Shown piece by piece: positions 29,119-40,516 of a stretch of 64,000 nt of DNA; within the stretch, counting starts at the first letter, position 1, and each line of letters begins with the position of its first letter. Source of the DNA: a virus; the IMG/VR virus record IMGVR_UViG_3300006735_000023, positions 15,144 through 79,143 of that record. One strand, 5' to 3'. A program made the position numbers and the translations under genes. Under the pieces are notes generated by a model that saw only the letters and a program-made list of their open reading frames with translations, was not told where the DNA came from and searched no databases.

Positions 29119-32100
29119 TGGCATATAAAAAAATAATAGGAAATTACCAGTCTAACGCAGACTTTTCCCCAAATCTGATAGGATATCAGATAGTACAGGG
29201 ACAGCTTACCCTATTATCTAATTTTTATACGTCGTCAACGAATACCCCTAAAACTACACAATACTACGCCACTGAAAATTTTAACCAACCGGTTAATCTA
29301 AATTCACTTTCTATAACTGCGTCACAATCTAAAAGATTATTAGATAATAATCTTAAATTAGTACTTAATTTAGATAGAAGTGATCTTTTTAACTATACAT
29401 TATTTGGTAGTTTAAGGGAACACATCAAAGCAAGTCTTACAAGTATAATTAAAAAATGGCCGGCTTCATTATATATTGACAAATATGTTAGTGGTAGTAC
29501 ACTAAACACAGTTTTAGAATATAGATACGTTAGTGCGACGGACAGCGCATACTTCAAAATCCCAGTATCGGCAATACATAATAAATTTCAGATAAATATT
29601 AAAAATAATCCTAACACATACCAAGGTTGGAATGGAATAAAAATGATGAGTCAAGATTTTTATAAATATAATCTTGTATATCCGATATCATCCTCAGTTA
29701 GTGCTGATGGAACGTATGTGGGTAACTCACCTGGATTTTTTAGTAACACACAAGAACATCAAGTTATAGCTTTTACGGGTACAACCCCACAATCACCTAA
29801 TTACATACATTTCAAAGTTAAGGGTAATCCATTTACCGGTACTACTTTAGGTATTTTATCGGATAACTTCCATATTAAACCTAAAACGTTATATAAAGAA
29901 CAGTTTTATGATAAATTAGGTAGTTTAGATGGATTTTTACTTAACAGAAATGTTACACCAATTTACACTTCAGAATTTAAGGTACCTACTGAAGGACCTA
30001 CAGGTACTTTTACACTAATACCACGTAAATTTACATGGCCAACGACAGACGGATATAATATTGATATTGATACAACTACATATGGTAGTTATGTAACTAA
30101 CTTAATGAATTTGGCAGACTCTTATGACGAGTATAAAACAGATTTAGTTTCTAGATTTTTTACAACAGACGCAATTAAAGAATTTGATACAGATGATAGA
30201 AGAGTACAAAAATTATTAAGAATTTACGGTAGAGAATTTGATGAAGTTAAAAAATACATAGATGGTTTAGCTTATGCAAATACAGTAAGTTATAATAAGA
30301 GTAATAATATTCCAGATAGATTAGTTAAAAATTTCGCAAGAACTTTAGGATTTGAAACAATAGATTTTGCCGACCAAAGTAAGGTAATGGAGGCCTTTTT
30401 CGGAGGTACTAATGAAACAGTATTTTCCGGTACTTCAGTGGGTATGACTCCAGTACAATTTGATATTGAACTGTGGAGAAGAATTATAATTAATGCGGGG
30501 TACCTATATAAAGGTAAGGGAACAAGGAAGATTATTGAATTTTTCCTAAGATTCATAGGGGCACCAACATCTCTTATAGAACTCAATGAATATGTCTACA
30601 CAGTAAAAGGAAAACTAGACACCAAACAAGTGGGTATTGCTTTATCACATTTATTAGGGGAGGCTCCCGAGGGTGAAGTATCACTATTTAATGGATTGGA
30701 AATTCCTATGGATACGGATGGTTATCCAGAAGTACTCCCACCATCTGACGATTACTACTTTCAAATGAAAGGTGGTTGGTACCAAACAACAAGTTATAAC
30801 GGGGCGAATAACCCTCATATGGGTCCATATGATGCTGGACAAGAATACTTTAATAGATTTAGGTGTTTTACCGAAATAACTGGACAGACAGTAACTATAC
30901 CTTCAGAGATAACGGGTACAATAGGTCCAGAGTCATTTGTGGCGGTGTTAGTTTCTAATGAGGCAGGTCAAGACACCAACTTTCAACTGATAAAAAATGC
31001 AGGGGGGTTAGGTTATGTTAATTCTAGAGGGGATGGAGGTATAGGAGCTGGAAATACTCCCGGAGCTTGTGACCCAACCAATCCTTTAACATTCTGTACA
31101 TACAATACAGTAAGTGACGCGGTTAATTATGGAAATGCGGCAGTATTTGTTTTTGAACACATAGGGGCAGATATTCCAGCAAATATGCAACAATTAGCAA
31201 AGGAGTTATACGATGCAGGATACGCAGTTTTAACAATAAGTAATCAGGCAACAAATTCCTTATACCCAATAAACTCTACATCAGACCATTTTGTCGGTGA
31301 AGAATGGGGATTCCTAGAGAATCCTTTATTAGATCCATTAAACCCACTCAGTCAAGGATGGGTTAGTTATGGTTCAACTACACAACTTTATGGACAGAAC
31401 ATAGATTCTGTAATATCAGAGGCAACAATTTTATCTTACAACGATATACCTAATGAAACAAATATAAACGCCGCTTATCTATATAACACTAATGGAGGAA
31501 GATGGGTACACTGTCAAAATCCGAATCTTTATCAAGCACCCGTTCTATTTGCGAACATTATGGATTTTTTAACCATGAGAAGTGAACAATACAGGGACTA
31601 CTTTAGATTTGAGTGGAGTGGTACGTATGAAGAAGAAATATATGTTTCATGTCCTGGGTTTACACTGTCTCCTCAAGTAGATAATAAAAAATCTTGGATT
31701 GTATCTTCTGGAGATACTCTAAACGTTGAAAGAGAATGGCATCTTAGTGATTCTGATACAACAACAACTAATGGAAGAAGAGATACCTTATATTATGTGG
31801 GGGATGACGAAAGATTGGTATTAAACACAAAAATGGTTGATGCGCATCTTAACGTGGCTAAAGGTATTGAACATGATATGTACACATATAATAAATTAAG
31901 TGGTTTTCCTATAACACTTAAGTTTGATTATCTTGACCACATTGATGAAAATTTATGGCCAGTAGTTGGTGAAAATGTGTATACCTCTCGAGGTTATAAT
32001 AGACAAAATTTAGGTACTAACATATACTATGGTTCTTCTTTAAGTGCTGCAGGGTTTACAGTAAGTGCAACAACTTTCGCTCAATACATAGATAATCTAA

Positions 32101-33290
32101 AAGAAAAATTTATTAATGTTAAAAATAGAAAAACTATTGGTGGGGGTGGTTTCGGATTCCAACCAAACTGGCCAGCATACCCAACACTACGGAATCTTTA
32201 TGAAGCCTATGCATCAGGAGGGACTTCTAGTACAATAGTGGCAGGACCTGTAGTTGATAATATAGGTAGTAATCAATTTACATATCAAAAAATGATAGGA
32301 TTTGTCGATAAAATAGAACCATATTGGACAAATTTATTGGAACAATTTATCCCATCAACTACAATAGTAGGATTAGGTACAAAATATCGTAATACAGTAT
32401 TTGATAGACAGAAATATGTTTATAAACATGGACAAAGTTCGGTGGTAGAAATAGAAAATCTCTCAAACGACTCTATGTTAATAAATCCACAAGAAGATTC
32501 AGTAGGTGATACATTAAATAATAATACTGGTAGTCAATGGCACAATAGAACTGTATTGTATGCGGGTAGTGTGGGTCCTTGGACTAGTGCAATTACAGAA
32601 CCGTTAGTACTGAGAGATTCAGATGGTGCAAACACAGCACCAGGAGTAGGTACACCAACAACTGCCTTTATAGCCGGTAAGGAGTATTATTTTAGGATAG
32701 GTGTTAAATTTATGGCCGGTATACAAAATGCAGGTGGTACAATTATTAGTGGTCCTAATAGTGCTAGTGTAGGTGGTTTAATTGCGGATCCGGGACAAAC
32801 TTTTACTGGTTGGGTACCTGGAGTAGGATATGTAAGTAGACAAGGTAGAATATGGTTAAAAACAGCAATAAGTGGGGGAGCTACACCTAAAGATGTTGAG
32901 ATTTTAGTTTTTGGTCCAGGATTCTATGATGTTAGGTTCATACCACAGGCAACAGCAAACGCAAATTTACACATTGTAACAGACATTAACGGTTTAATAC
33001 TAGATAGTGTTAAATTATATAATGTGACAGACTCAGTCTATATATGTGATACAGAGGTTCGAAATGGTAATTTTACTCAGGGTATGGAATATTACGACCC
33101 ATTAAATAACTTAGACCAAAATAGATTACAAAATTGGTCAGGTTTATCAGGAAGTGGAGCACCAGGAGGAACAGATAAAAAATGGCAAATAGCACCAACT
33201 CATTTCCAAGTGTGGCCAGGTTCAGATGGAACAGAGTCAGCAACAGTTATTGACTGGTATGAAAGAGGATTAATTGATGACGTACCATAA
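29118..33290 (+). CDS. Large baseplate/tail structural protein (gp7 / tail protein I-like region) with inserted domains, 1390 aa
   Basis: IPD.LVKNFARTLG and LYKGKGTRKIIEFFL motifs typical of baseplate I/gp7-like proteins; GATase-like and CBM-like inserts. Confidence 0.65.
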   Translation: MAYKKIIGNYQSNADFSPNLIGYQIVQGQLTLLSNFYTSSTNTPKTTQYYATENFNQPVNLNSLSITASQSKRLLDNNLKLVLNLDRSDLFNYTLFGSLREHIKASLTSIIKKWPASLYIDKYVSGSTLNTVLEYRYVSATDSAYFKIPVSAIHNKFQINIKNNPNTYQGWNGIKMMSQDFYKYNLVYPISSSVSADGTYVGNSPGFFSNTQEHQVIAFTGTTPQSPNYIHFKVKGNPFTGTTLGILSDNFHIKPKTLYKEQFYDKLGSLDGFLLNRNVTPIYTSEFKVPTEGPTGTFTLIPRKFTWPTTDGYNIDIDTTTYGSYVTNLMNLADSYDEYKTDLVSRFFTTDAIKEFDTDDRRVQKLLRIYGREFDEVKKYIDGLAYANTVSYNKSNNIPDRLVKNFARTLGFETIDFADQSKVMEAFFGGTNETVFSGTSVGMTPVQFDIELWRRIIINAGYLYKGKGTRKIIEFFLRFIGAPTSLIELNEYVYTVKGKLDTKQVGIALSHLLGEAPEGEVSLFNGLEIPMDTDGYPEVLPPSDDYYFQMKGGWYQTTSYNGANNPHMGPYDAGQEYFNRFRCFTEITGQTVTIPSEITGTIGPESFVAVLVSNEAGQDTNFQLIKNAGGLGYVNSRGDGGIGAGNTPGACDPTNPLTFCTYNTVSDAVNYGNAAVFVFEHIGADIPANMQQLAKELYDAGYAVLTISNQATNSLYPINSTSDHFVGEEWGFLENPLLDPLNPLSQGWVSYGSTTQLYGQNIDSVISEATILSYNDIPNETNINAAYLYNTNGGRWVHCQNPNLYQAPVLFANIMDFLTMRSEQYRDYFRFEWSGTYEEEIYVSCPGFTLSPQVDNKKSWIVSSGDTLNVEREWHLSDSDTTTTNGRRDTLYYVGDDERLVLNTKMVDAHLNVAKGIEHDMYTYNKLSGFPITLKFDYLDHIDENLWPVVGENVYTSRGYNRQNLGTNIYYGSSLSAAGFTVSATTFAQYIDNLKEKFINVKNRKTIGGGGFGFQPNWPAYPTLRNLYEAYASGGTSSTIVAGPVVDNIGSNQFTYQKMIGFVDKIEPYWTNLLEQFIPSTTIVGLGTKYRNTVFDRQKYVYKHGQSSVVEIENLSNDSMLINPQEDSVGDTLNNNTGSQWHNRTVLYAGSVGPWTSAITEPLVLRDSDGANTAPGVGTPTTAFIAGKEYYFRIGVKFMAGIQNAGGTIISGPNSASVGGLIADPGQTFTGWVPGVGYVSRQGRIWLKTAISGGATPKDVEILVFGPGFYDVRFIPQATANANLHIVTDINGLILDSVKLYNVTDSVYICDTEVRNGNFTQGMEYYDPLNNLDQNRLQNWSGLSGSGAPGGTDKKWQIAPTHFQVWPGSDGTESATVIDWYERGLIDDVP

Positions 33291-33302
33291 AAAATATTAA
33301 AT

Positions 33303-33623
33303 ATGAAGAAAAAAGGGAATGTAAATATACTATTAGATATAACAACCAGCACAACCTCTTATGGTAATGCTCGTTCTCCAGTAGAAGAAATTTCTATAGA
33401 AAAAAGTGATGCAAGTTATAAAAGAGGGACTGGAACTCTAGACAATACACAAAATCATGGTACATTAATACTTGCACAAAATATAGAAACAGATGGTGTA
33501 GTAAAAAGAGAAAATAAAAAATTATTTGGAAACATAAATATGGGTAATAAAATTACAAATCCTATAATTAAAACAAATACAATAAAAGGAGCGACTAATT
33601 CATCACTATACTCAAATGGATAA
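33303..33623 (+). CDS. Small hypothetical protein
   Basis: 106-aa ORF overlapping the next start. Confidence 0.55.
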   Translation: MKKKGNVNILLDITTSTTSYGNARSPVEEISIEKSDASYKRGTGTLDNTQNHGTLILAQNIETDGVVKRENKKLFGNINMGNKITNPIIKTNTIKGATNSSLYSNG

Positions 33624-35931
33624 ATGTAGATATAAAACATTATTAAGAGATTCGGCTAAACTGATTAGTAATTCACAATATACCAATCAAAATACCGCGT
33701 ATATACCTTTAGACGTTTATACGTGTTATGACCATTTCAGTGCTCCAATATTTAATGTAAGTGGAGCATCCAAACCATCTGCTTTTTATACCTATACTTT
33801 AAGTGGTAGTCCATATTCATTAGTTAATATGACACCTACAGGTCCAACCGCTTCAACTAATAATGCTGTGTGGAACGTAAGTAAATCAGCAGCAACGATA
33901 GAATACTATCTACCAAATAATTTTGCTAGTGGATATACAGGTAAGTTTAGAAGTAGTGTATATAAATGGGACGACAATAAAAACGGATTCGTTTATCCTC
34001 CAGTACACACTAAAACCTTCTCAACTTTTCCTAAATCAACAGATTTGGCTTGTTCAGCATCAACTACATCTTCAACATTTAGTGTTTTCTTTAGTATTTC
34101 AGGGGTAAGTTCAACAACAAATTATCTTTCAAAACCATCATTTTATTGGTGGGGTAGAGATATTACAAGATCGGATAGTGCAGGGGGTCATTTAGCACCT
34201 ATTTGGGATGGGTTTTATACCGCAGGAACTTTAACTAATTACTTAAGTGATGTAAGGATAAACACTGGAGGAACCTTTGGGTCCTCAATAAACGTTGGTT
34301 TAACCGGGGGAACCGGAGGAACATATATTTCAGGTACAAGATTTAATGAACCAGTGAAAAATGGGCATATAATACCAATTCCAAACCCAACAACAGGTGC
34401 GATTAACGTAACAAACGCAGGGGTAACAGGAAATGGAGGATATTGGTATAAAAATCAATGCTATATGAGTGGTATGAGTTTTGATTTAACAATAGGTCAC
34501 GGTATGAGTGCACTCACAGGAGGACCAACATTTGTAAGTGCCACTTCAGCTTACCATGGTTATTGGACAGGTTTTGCAACAGGAAATGTATATGTTTACA
34601 GTGCATGTTGCCAACATAAGGTTGTCGACCAAATTCCAACAAGTCAGTTAGGTTCTAGTAGGTCAAATAGTTCAGCTAGAAGTAGTAATGATTATTTAGT
34701 TAAGGGGTCGTTTGTTTATTCTGGTGATGGAACAACAGCTTCTTGTTATTTAACATCTGGTAATACATACGACACACTTGTTGATAATCCAAGCAGTGTA
34801 GAATACCAATCCTTAAATAGTAATTTATTTAATTATAATTTATATTATTCAGGTACAGACCATACATTTATTGCCGTAACAGATCCACCTAAACCCCAAA
34901 TTTATTTATCAAAAACAGAAAAGGTAGTGGATGGTACGTACCTAAATACCACAACAACTGATGCGATAACAGAAGGGTTAGACATGGGTGATACCAAAAT
35001 GGAATTAATGGTTGAAAATTTACCAATAACAACGTCAGGACAAAGTGAGTATTATTTAAGTCAAGATCCAGTTGGGGATGTGTGTCTAAGCTTAAATGGT
35101 GTTACACTAATAAAAGATATAGAATATATTGCAGACCAACGTAAAATAAGTATTAGTGTTGATAAAACAATTGCGGATAGTGTTAATATTAAGATTACTG
35201 ATGAAATCGTTGCAACTTATGTAAAAGGAAATACTCTAGAGGGTTTTGTCTCTGAAACAAATGCAGTTCCTAGTAATGTGTATTCAGGAGGCACACTTCA
35301 GGGTATAACGTATGATGTATTTAACTATAACACAGGGTCAACTTATAATTTTAATAATGTATGGTATGAAAACGGGAGTCCAGAAGGTTTTTGGGAGTAC
35401 TATACTGAACAACCTATAACAATAACAGAAGATAATCTAAGTAATATAATTGTATTAGTTAATGGGGTTAAATTAACACCAAACCAGGACTACTTTAGGT
35501 CAACAACTAATGTTTACAGAATAATATTTAATCAAAATATAAATTTAACGGTGGGAGATATTGTTAATGTTTATTATATCACTAATTTATTAGGACAATT
35601 GAGTCAAAGTCTAAGTAGTCCTTTCAAGGATATTTTTTGGACAGTAGATCCACCACCACAAACAAGTAATGGTATATTTGAAATACAAGTAACAAGTAGC
35701 GGAGATACAAGTTTTCTTTCTGCTACTACTGTACAGACACTTACCTACCAAGAAGGAGAAAGTAATTATCAAGCAACCATAGGACCATACACTGCTCTTA
35801 ATCAAAAGTATTTATATAGAGTAAAAAATACTAGAACTTATATATCAGCTAGTGGTTCTTCATTAACTACGACAGCAACTAGTTTAACAAATAAGTTTGA
35901 TACTAATAATCCAGCTATAGAAAGTTACTAG
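33616..35931 (+). CDS. Ser/Thr/Gly-rich tail/baseplate protein
   Basis: Two (L/V)NGV.L....Y....I.......GD.I...Y repeats of a kind common in tail-associated proteins. Confidence 0.65.
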   Translation: MDKCRYKTLLRDSAKLISNSQYTNQNTAYIPLDVYTCYDHFSAPIFNVSGASKPSAFYTYTLSGSPYSLVNMTPTGPTASTNNAVWNVSKSAATIEYYLPNNFASGYTGKFRSSVYKWDDNKNGFVYPPVHTKTFSTFPKSTDLACSASTTSSTFSVFFSISGVSSTTNYLSKPSFYWWGRDITRSDSAGGHLAPIWDGFYTAGTLTNYLSDVRINTGGTFGSSINVGLTGGTGGTYISGTRFNEPVKNGHIIPIPNPTTGAINVTNAGVTGNGGYWYKNQCYMSGMSFDLTIGHGMSALTGGPTFVSATSAYHGYWTGFATGNVYVYSACCQHKVVDQIPTSQLGSSRSNSSARSSNDYLVKGSFVYSGDGTTASCYLTSGNTYDTLVDNPSSVEYQSLNSNLFNYNLYYSGTDHTFIAVTDPPKPQIYLSKTEKVVDGTYLNTTTTDAITEGLDMGDTKMELMVENLPITTSGQSEYYLSQDPVGDVCLSLNGVTLIKDIEYIADQRKISISVDKTIADSVNIKITDEIVATYVKGNTLEGFVSETNAVPSNVYSGGTLQGITYDVFNYNTGSTYNFNNVWYENGSPEGFWEYYTEQPITITEDNLSNIIVLVNGVKLTPNQDYFRSTTNVYRIIFNQNINLTVGDIVNVYYITNLLGQLSQSLSSPFKDIFWTVDPPPQTSNGIFEIQVTSSGDTSFLSATTVQTLTYQEGESNYQATIGPYTALNQKYLYRVKNTRTYISASGSSLTTTATSLTNKFDTNNPAIESY

Positions 35932-35995
35932 AATTTCTGTAGTTTGATATTTATAATAAAATGAAAGATAATATATTAAAAGAAAATAAAGTAAA

Positions 35996-38386
35996 ATGGG
36001 ATATATAAAAAAAGATAGTGTAGCATATGTAAGTGCGAAATTAACCGATTACGGGAGAGAAAAGTTAGCTTTAGGACAGTTAAATTTTAGTTATTGGGGT
36101 TTCGGCGATTCAGAAATAGACTATGGAACGTTTAACGACGATTATTCCTGGTTAAATAACGGAGCGGGAGGTAATGTAGACTTAGGTTTATTAAATATAT
36201 TAAGACCAGCGGATAATCCACCAGGACCAAGATATCCATTATTACGAGTACCAGGTAACAGTGGAAGTACATTCACATCAATAGCATCTCCCGAACTTAA
36301 CAAAACAATTATTAATAACCAAGCAGTAACTAGAGGATTTTTTACTGGAGAAAGTAAAACAACGACTTACGGTACTAGTTATCCTGAACGTAAATATAAC
36401 TATTTTCTTAGGACTGCAACAACTTATACTAAAGCAGTAGGTTCACTTAATTTAGCTAGTATTAGAAGGTCAGGGTCTAATACTATAAATGACGATGGTA
36501 GTTATGGTGGTGGTGGAAAATTTGGTGCTATAACAGATGTTAGTGGAAATGGTGTAGAACCAGTTGCAGGAGACTTCATGTTAATTAAACCTAATGAGTT
36601 TGCAATCGACCCAACAGCACTGGGAGATCCTGGAGAAGTTGGTGCGGACAATCCAATACCTTACTTATGGTATAGAATTGTAGAAGTAGAAGGAACAACA
36701 ACTTTAGCGGCGGACAACTTATTATTAACAGTTGATAGAGCAATACCTAATTTTACTGGATCTACTTGTACACAGTATAGAAATTCTACAGTTTTCTTTT
36801 ATGACGGTGGAGGTGTGAATCATAACCCTATCGACTCTTATTATGGAACAGGTACAACAATCCCTTATTGGAATGAATTAAGTTTAACTTTTGATAGTAA
36901 CTGTGATGTTTCTGTTAATGATGTTAAAATTTGGAATATGAATATTCCATGGACTGAACCACTTTGTGGATTGACTGCAGCAACACACGGAACAGTTGCC
37001 AATCTTGGGTCTACAGCCTACACATCAACTAAAGAATATTTAGATTATACTAATCCAGTTTATTCAGAATCTTACGGAGGATGGGTAGATAACTATAGAC
37101 AAAAATCGATAGCAATTTTACACTATACAAATAACTCCATATCTAATTTCTACGGAGAAGGATTTCACTGGGCAGATAATGGAGGTAACAATTTCCAAGT
37201 AACCCTCCCAGAAGTTATGTATAATTACACTGGAAATACATCAATTGGGTTGTTATTAACAGGAGAAACAAGAACTACTCCAAGAACTTTAACTTCAACA
37301 TTTAATGTTAACAGTGAGGTAAATTATTATGAGTTACACACTTCAGGTGGTACGGCAGGTATTACGAACCCAAGTTACATTGCACCATCAAGTGTAGGAA
37401 AAATATTCCCTGACTTAAAAATAGCAGTTATTGATGATGAAGAAATAGTTGCGGCTTTATCCTATAAAAGTAATAGAAATTGGGTATTACCACAATTAAG
37501 TGCTAGTTATACAGCGGTTTCAGGTGGTACAGCGGCAGAAGGAGTTTCACAACCCGGAGACCAGTTCTGGATTACATATCAATTTACTACAACTAGTGGA
37601 TACACAACAGGTATGTACTGTAATAAATTTACTTTTATGTCTCAGGATACAACTAATTGTGATAATTGTGACGGAGCTAATAAAAACATTAAAGTTAGTT
37701 TCCCTTATGGTAGTTTACCATTTATGAGAAGAGGTGGAATTAGTTCAACACTTGGGACACCGGAATCCGATACTGATGTTAATTCTAAATTTATTGGATG
37801 GGAAGCCACAGGTTTTGACATACTAATCCAAAAAGCACAAAATAACGAACCACCTTTAAGTAACGCATGGAGGAGAATTCCAGTTAACCAAGCGATGGAC
37901 GGTACCTCTATATATAATAACCACAACGGTGTCTATTGGGTTGACTACGAAATTCTATATAATAACGAATTTGTTGTCACCAAAGCAGATTATGACACAG
38001 GAACCGGAACTTATGCACCAGATGGGGGTAATTACAGTCTTAATGATTGGATTCTAATGCCAACAGTTACAGAAATGACAGACTCTACTCCTACACCTAC
38101 TTTAACTTTTGGGGACGAAAGATGGTTATGGGGTAATGTTGATACTGATATAAAGGCCACAGTTTTCCGTACTACATTTATGTTTACAGCAGGAGGAACA
38201 GAATTTAACACTTCACAGAATCCTACATGGGGAACTGGACCAGCAAACCCAGCACATAATGTAAGGATAAGTGAGGTATCGGTATATGATAGCACATTTA
38301 ATGAGGTAATAACAGGTAAAATAAGTGATCCAATTGAAAAGAAAATGGATTCGAACTTTACACTAGCAATGGGATTAGACTTTTAA
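35996..38386 (+). CDS. Tail-collar/fibre-attachment-like structural protein
   Basis: N-terminal LTDYGREKLA..F..GDSEIDY and C-terminal NPTW..ISEVSVYD..GKISDPIEK resemble the two halves of the DUF3751 fold. Confidence 0.6.
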   Translation: MGYIKKDSVAYVSAKLTDYGREKLALGQLNFSYWGFGDSEIDYGTFNDDYSWLNNGAGGNVDLGLLNILRPADNPPGPRYPLLRVPGNSGSTFTSIASPELNKTIINNQAVTRGFFTGESKTTTYGTSYPERKYNYFLRTATTYTKAVGSLNLASIRRSGSNTINDDGSYGGGGKFGAITDVSGNGVEPVAGDFMLIKPNEFAIDPTALGDPGEVGADNPIPYLWYRIVEVEGTTTLAADNLLLTVDRAIPNFTGSTCTQYRNSTVFFYDGGGVNHNPIDSYYGTGTTIPYWNELSLTFDSNCDVSVNDVKIWNMNIPWTEPLCGLTAATHGTVANLGSTAYTSTKEYLDYTNPVYSESYGGWVDNYRQKSIAILHYTNNSISNFYGEGFHWADNGGNNFQVTLPEVMYNYTGNTSIGLLLTGETRTTPRTLTSTFNVNSEVNYYELHTSGGTAGITNPSYIAPSSVGKIFPDLKIAVIDDEEIVAALSYKSNRNWVLPQLSASYTAVSGGTAAEGVSQPGDQFWITYQFTTTSGYTTGMYCNKFTFMSQDTTNCDNCDGANKNIKVSFPYGSLPFMRRGGISSTLGTPESDTDVNSKFIGWEATGFDILIQKAQNNEPPLSNAWRRIPVNQAMDGTSIYNNHNGVYWVDYEILYNNEFVVTKADYDTGTGTYAPDGGNYSLNDWILMPTVTEMTDSTPTPTLTFGDERWLWGNVDTDIKATVFRTTFMFTAGGTEFNTSQNPTWGTGPANPAHNVRISEVSVYDSTFNEVITGKISDPIEKKMDSNFTLAMGLDF

Positions 38387-38389
38387 GAT

Positions 38390-38899
38390 ATGGGATTCGT
38401 AGACATAAATAGTGAAAATTTTAACATTTACCTAACACCAATGGCGAGAGAAAGACTCTATACTGGTAAGGGAGGTGATTTACAAATAGAATATTTTAGT
38501 CTACATGATGGAGATATAAATTACACTAAATCTAAATCTAATGAGGCATTTGTCGATACCCCTGCGGGGAAATACGATAAAGTACCCAATTTAAGAGGTA
38601 ATCCTAGCACCATAGGTGTTAATGGATGTCAAATATATGAATTAGAAGATTTTATAATGAGAAATCAAGGAAGAGAAGAAAAATGTCCAGCTGGTTTCGT
38701 AAAAGATATGAATGGAGAATGTGTAGAAATAAAATATATTAGACAACAAAATAAGGAGATAACTAAAAAACTTATAAAAAGTAAAAAGGCAACAGAACCT
38801 AATGAAAGTAATATAATGGGAGGGGCGCGTATAGTTACTCCTAATAGTAATAACACAAGTACAAGTACTTCTAGCAGCGGAGGCGGTGGAGGATACTAG
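38390..38899 (+). CDS. Paralog with only the N-terminal tail-collar-like motif; C-terminal S/G-rich GGGGGY tail
   Basis: LTPMARERL..FSLHDGDINY. Confidence 0.6.
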   Translation: MGFVDINSENFNIYLTPMARERLYTGKGGDLQIEYFSLHDGDINYTKSKSNEAFVDTPAGKYDKVPNLRGNPSTIGVNGCQIYELEDFIMRNQGREEKCPAGFVKDMNGECVEIKYIRQQNKEITKKLIKSKKATEPNESNIMGGARIVTPNSNNTSTSTSSSGGGGGY

Positions 38900-38920
38900 A
38901 TAAATAAAAAATTAAATTAA

Positions 38921-40504
38921 ATGGGATTTCAACCTTCAGGAGATACAACAACACAAGTAACTTTAGATGTAAGTTTAACTAAATTAGGTAGAGAAAAGTT
39001 AGTTTATGGAACTGGTTCTAAAATTGCTTTTTTTACATTACATGATTCAGGAGTTAATTATACTTCTACCGCAAAACCAACTAGAGGTAATGTGCCAGAT
39101 GTGGCAGGAACATTAAATTCTAATAAAGGAGTATCCAACGGACAAGGATTTAAGGATATAATTATGAGAAACGTCCCTACTGGGATGGAAGATTTAATTG
39201 AGCAGACTGGCACAAAAAAAGTTAAATTTGGTACATCATCTAGAGGATGGGGAGATGAACTTGGTTTAACTGCTGACACAGAGAACTATAATAAATTAAA
39301 TGTAACAGTTAATTTAGATTACGCCCTTAATTTTATGAAGTGGCTATCAGAACAAGTAGAAGCGGGACAAACTATAGACTATAGTATTTTTTATGATACT
39401 AATAACCATCCAGCTTCAACACTTAGAGACGGTTTTTTAGATTTTATAGATTATATAGATATAGAGACAGACGATGAATCAACCCAAAAAACACTAAACA
39501 CAGAAAAGGATGAAATAGATGTTTGTTTCCTTAACTCTAACACTAGAGTACTTAATAAAAGTACGGACAAATACTCTTCTGACATACAGAAGTATATGTT
39601 TATGTCAAAAGAGTTTTTATATGATAATGGTGGTATGCCAGTCAATGCTAGTTATGAAGAAAATGCGATAGATAGTCCATTCAAGTTTGCTTTTTCATCA
39701 GGAAGAGAAAATACAGTTTCACAATCTATTAGTAGACTTACAGATAATCCACCTCAAAAGAAAGAATTTGGAAAATTATATGGAGGAGCAGGAAAATGGG
39801 GTATTACACTAGGAATGACAGATTATGTTTATGGAATAAGAAGAAGTGATTGGAAGAGAGATGGTATAAATGGTAATTTTGAAAGTGGTATAATTGCTGG
39901 TAGTGGATCTAGATTCACTAAAGTGTCCTACTTTGATATGGTTAATTATAATGATGGTAAAAACGCATTAAACACGGATTTAGATTTTATTACAATCGAT
40001 CCAACAGATTATGAAGGTAGACCATTACCAACCAGTATAACTAATCAAGGAGTTACCGTTCCTTTATATTTGGGACAATCGATAGAAGTTTCTAAAAATA
40101 AAGGGTTTTACCCTAGGACTCATTTAGGGGGTTATCCTTTTGCTATTCCTCTTTTAGAAATGTGTTCTTTTGGGTCACAATCAATTGCAGTACAAAATGA
40201 TATTATTGAATCGTTTTTTAGAAGAACGAGTCTAACACCATATTCTTTTACAAATAACGATGGGAGTGATAACTATAGAACTACTTTAAGTTTTGTTGCA
40301 AAACCAAGAACAATGAAATCAACTAGATCTAACCCTATTAAAGACGGTCTTTTAACAATAACATTTAAGTATAATAAATCAGTTGCTGAGGGTTCAACTA
40401 TAGATTGGAGTAAAACAGGAGACTGGTCAAGTAGTTATAATTATAATAATTTCGTGGTTAGAGAGAAAAAGGACTACGGATTGACATATCAACCAGCACT
40501 ATAA
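38921..40504 (+). CDS. Structural protein with N-terminal tail-collar-like motif
   Basis: LTKLGREKL..FTLHDSGVNY. Confidence 0.6.
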   Translation: MGFQPSGDTTTQVTLDVSLTKLGREKLVYGTGSKIAFFTLHDSGVNYTSTAKPTRGNVPDVAGTLNSNKGVSNGQGFKDIIMRNVPTGMEDLIEQTGTKKVKFGTSSRGWGDELGLTADTENYNKLNVTVNLDYALNFMKWLSEQVEAGQTIDYSIFYDTNNHPASTLRDGFLDFIDYIDIETDDESTQKTLNTEKDEIDVCFLNSNTRVLNKSTDKYSSDIQKYMFMSKEFLYDNGGMPVNASYEENAIDSPFKFAFSSGRENTVSQSISRLTDNPPQKKEFGKLYGGAGKWGITLGMTDYVYGIRRSDWKRDGINGNFESGIIAGSGSRFTKVSYFDMVNYNDGKNALNTDLDFITIDPTDYEGRPLPTSITNQGVTVPLYLGQSIEVSKNKGFYPRTHLGGYPFAIPLLEMCSFGSQSIAVQNDIIESFFRRTSLTPYSFTNNDGSDNYRTTLSFVAKPRTMKSTRSNPIKDGLLTITFKYNKSVAEGSTIDWSKTGDWSSSYNYNNFVVREKKDYGLTYQPAL

Positions 40505-40516
40505 AATAAATTAATT

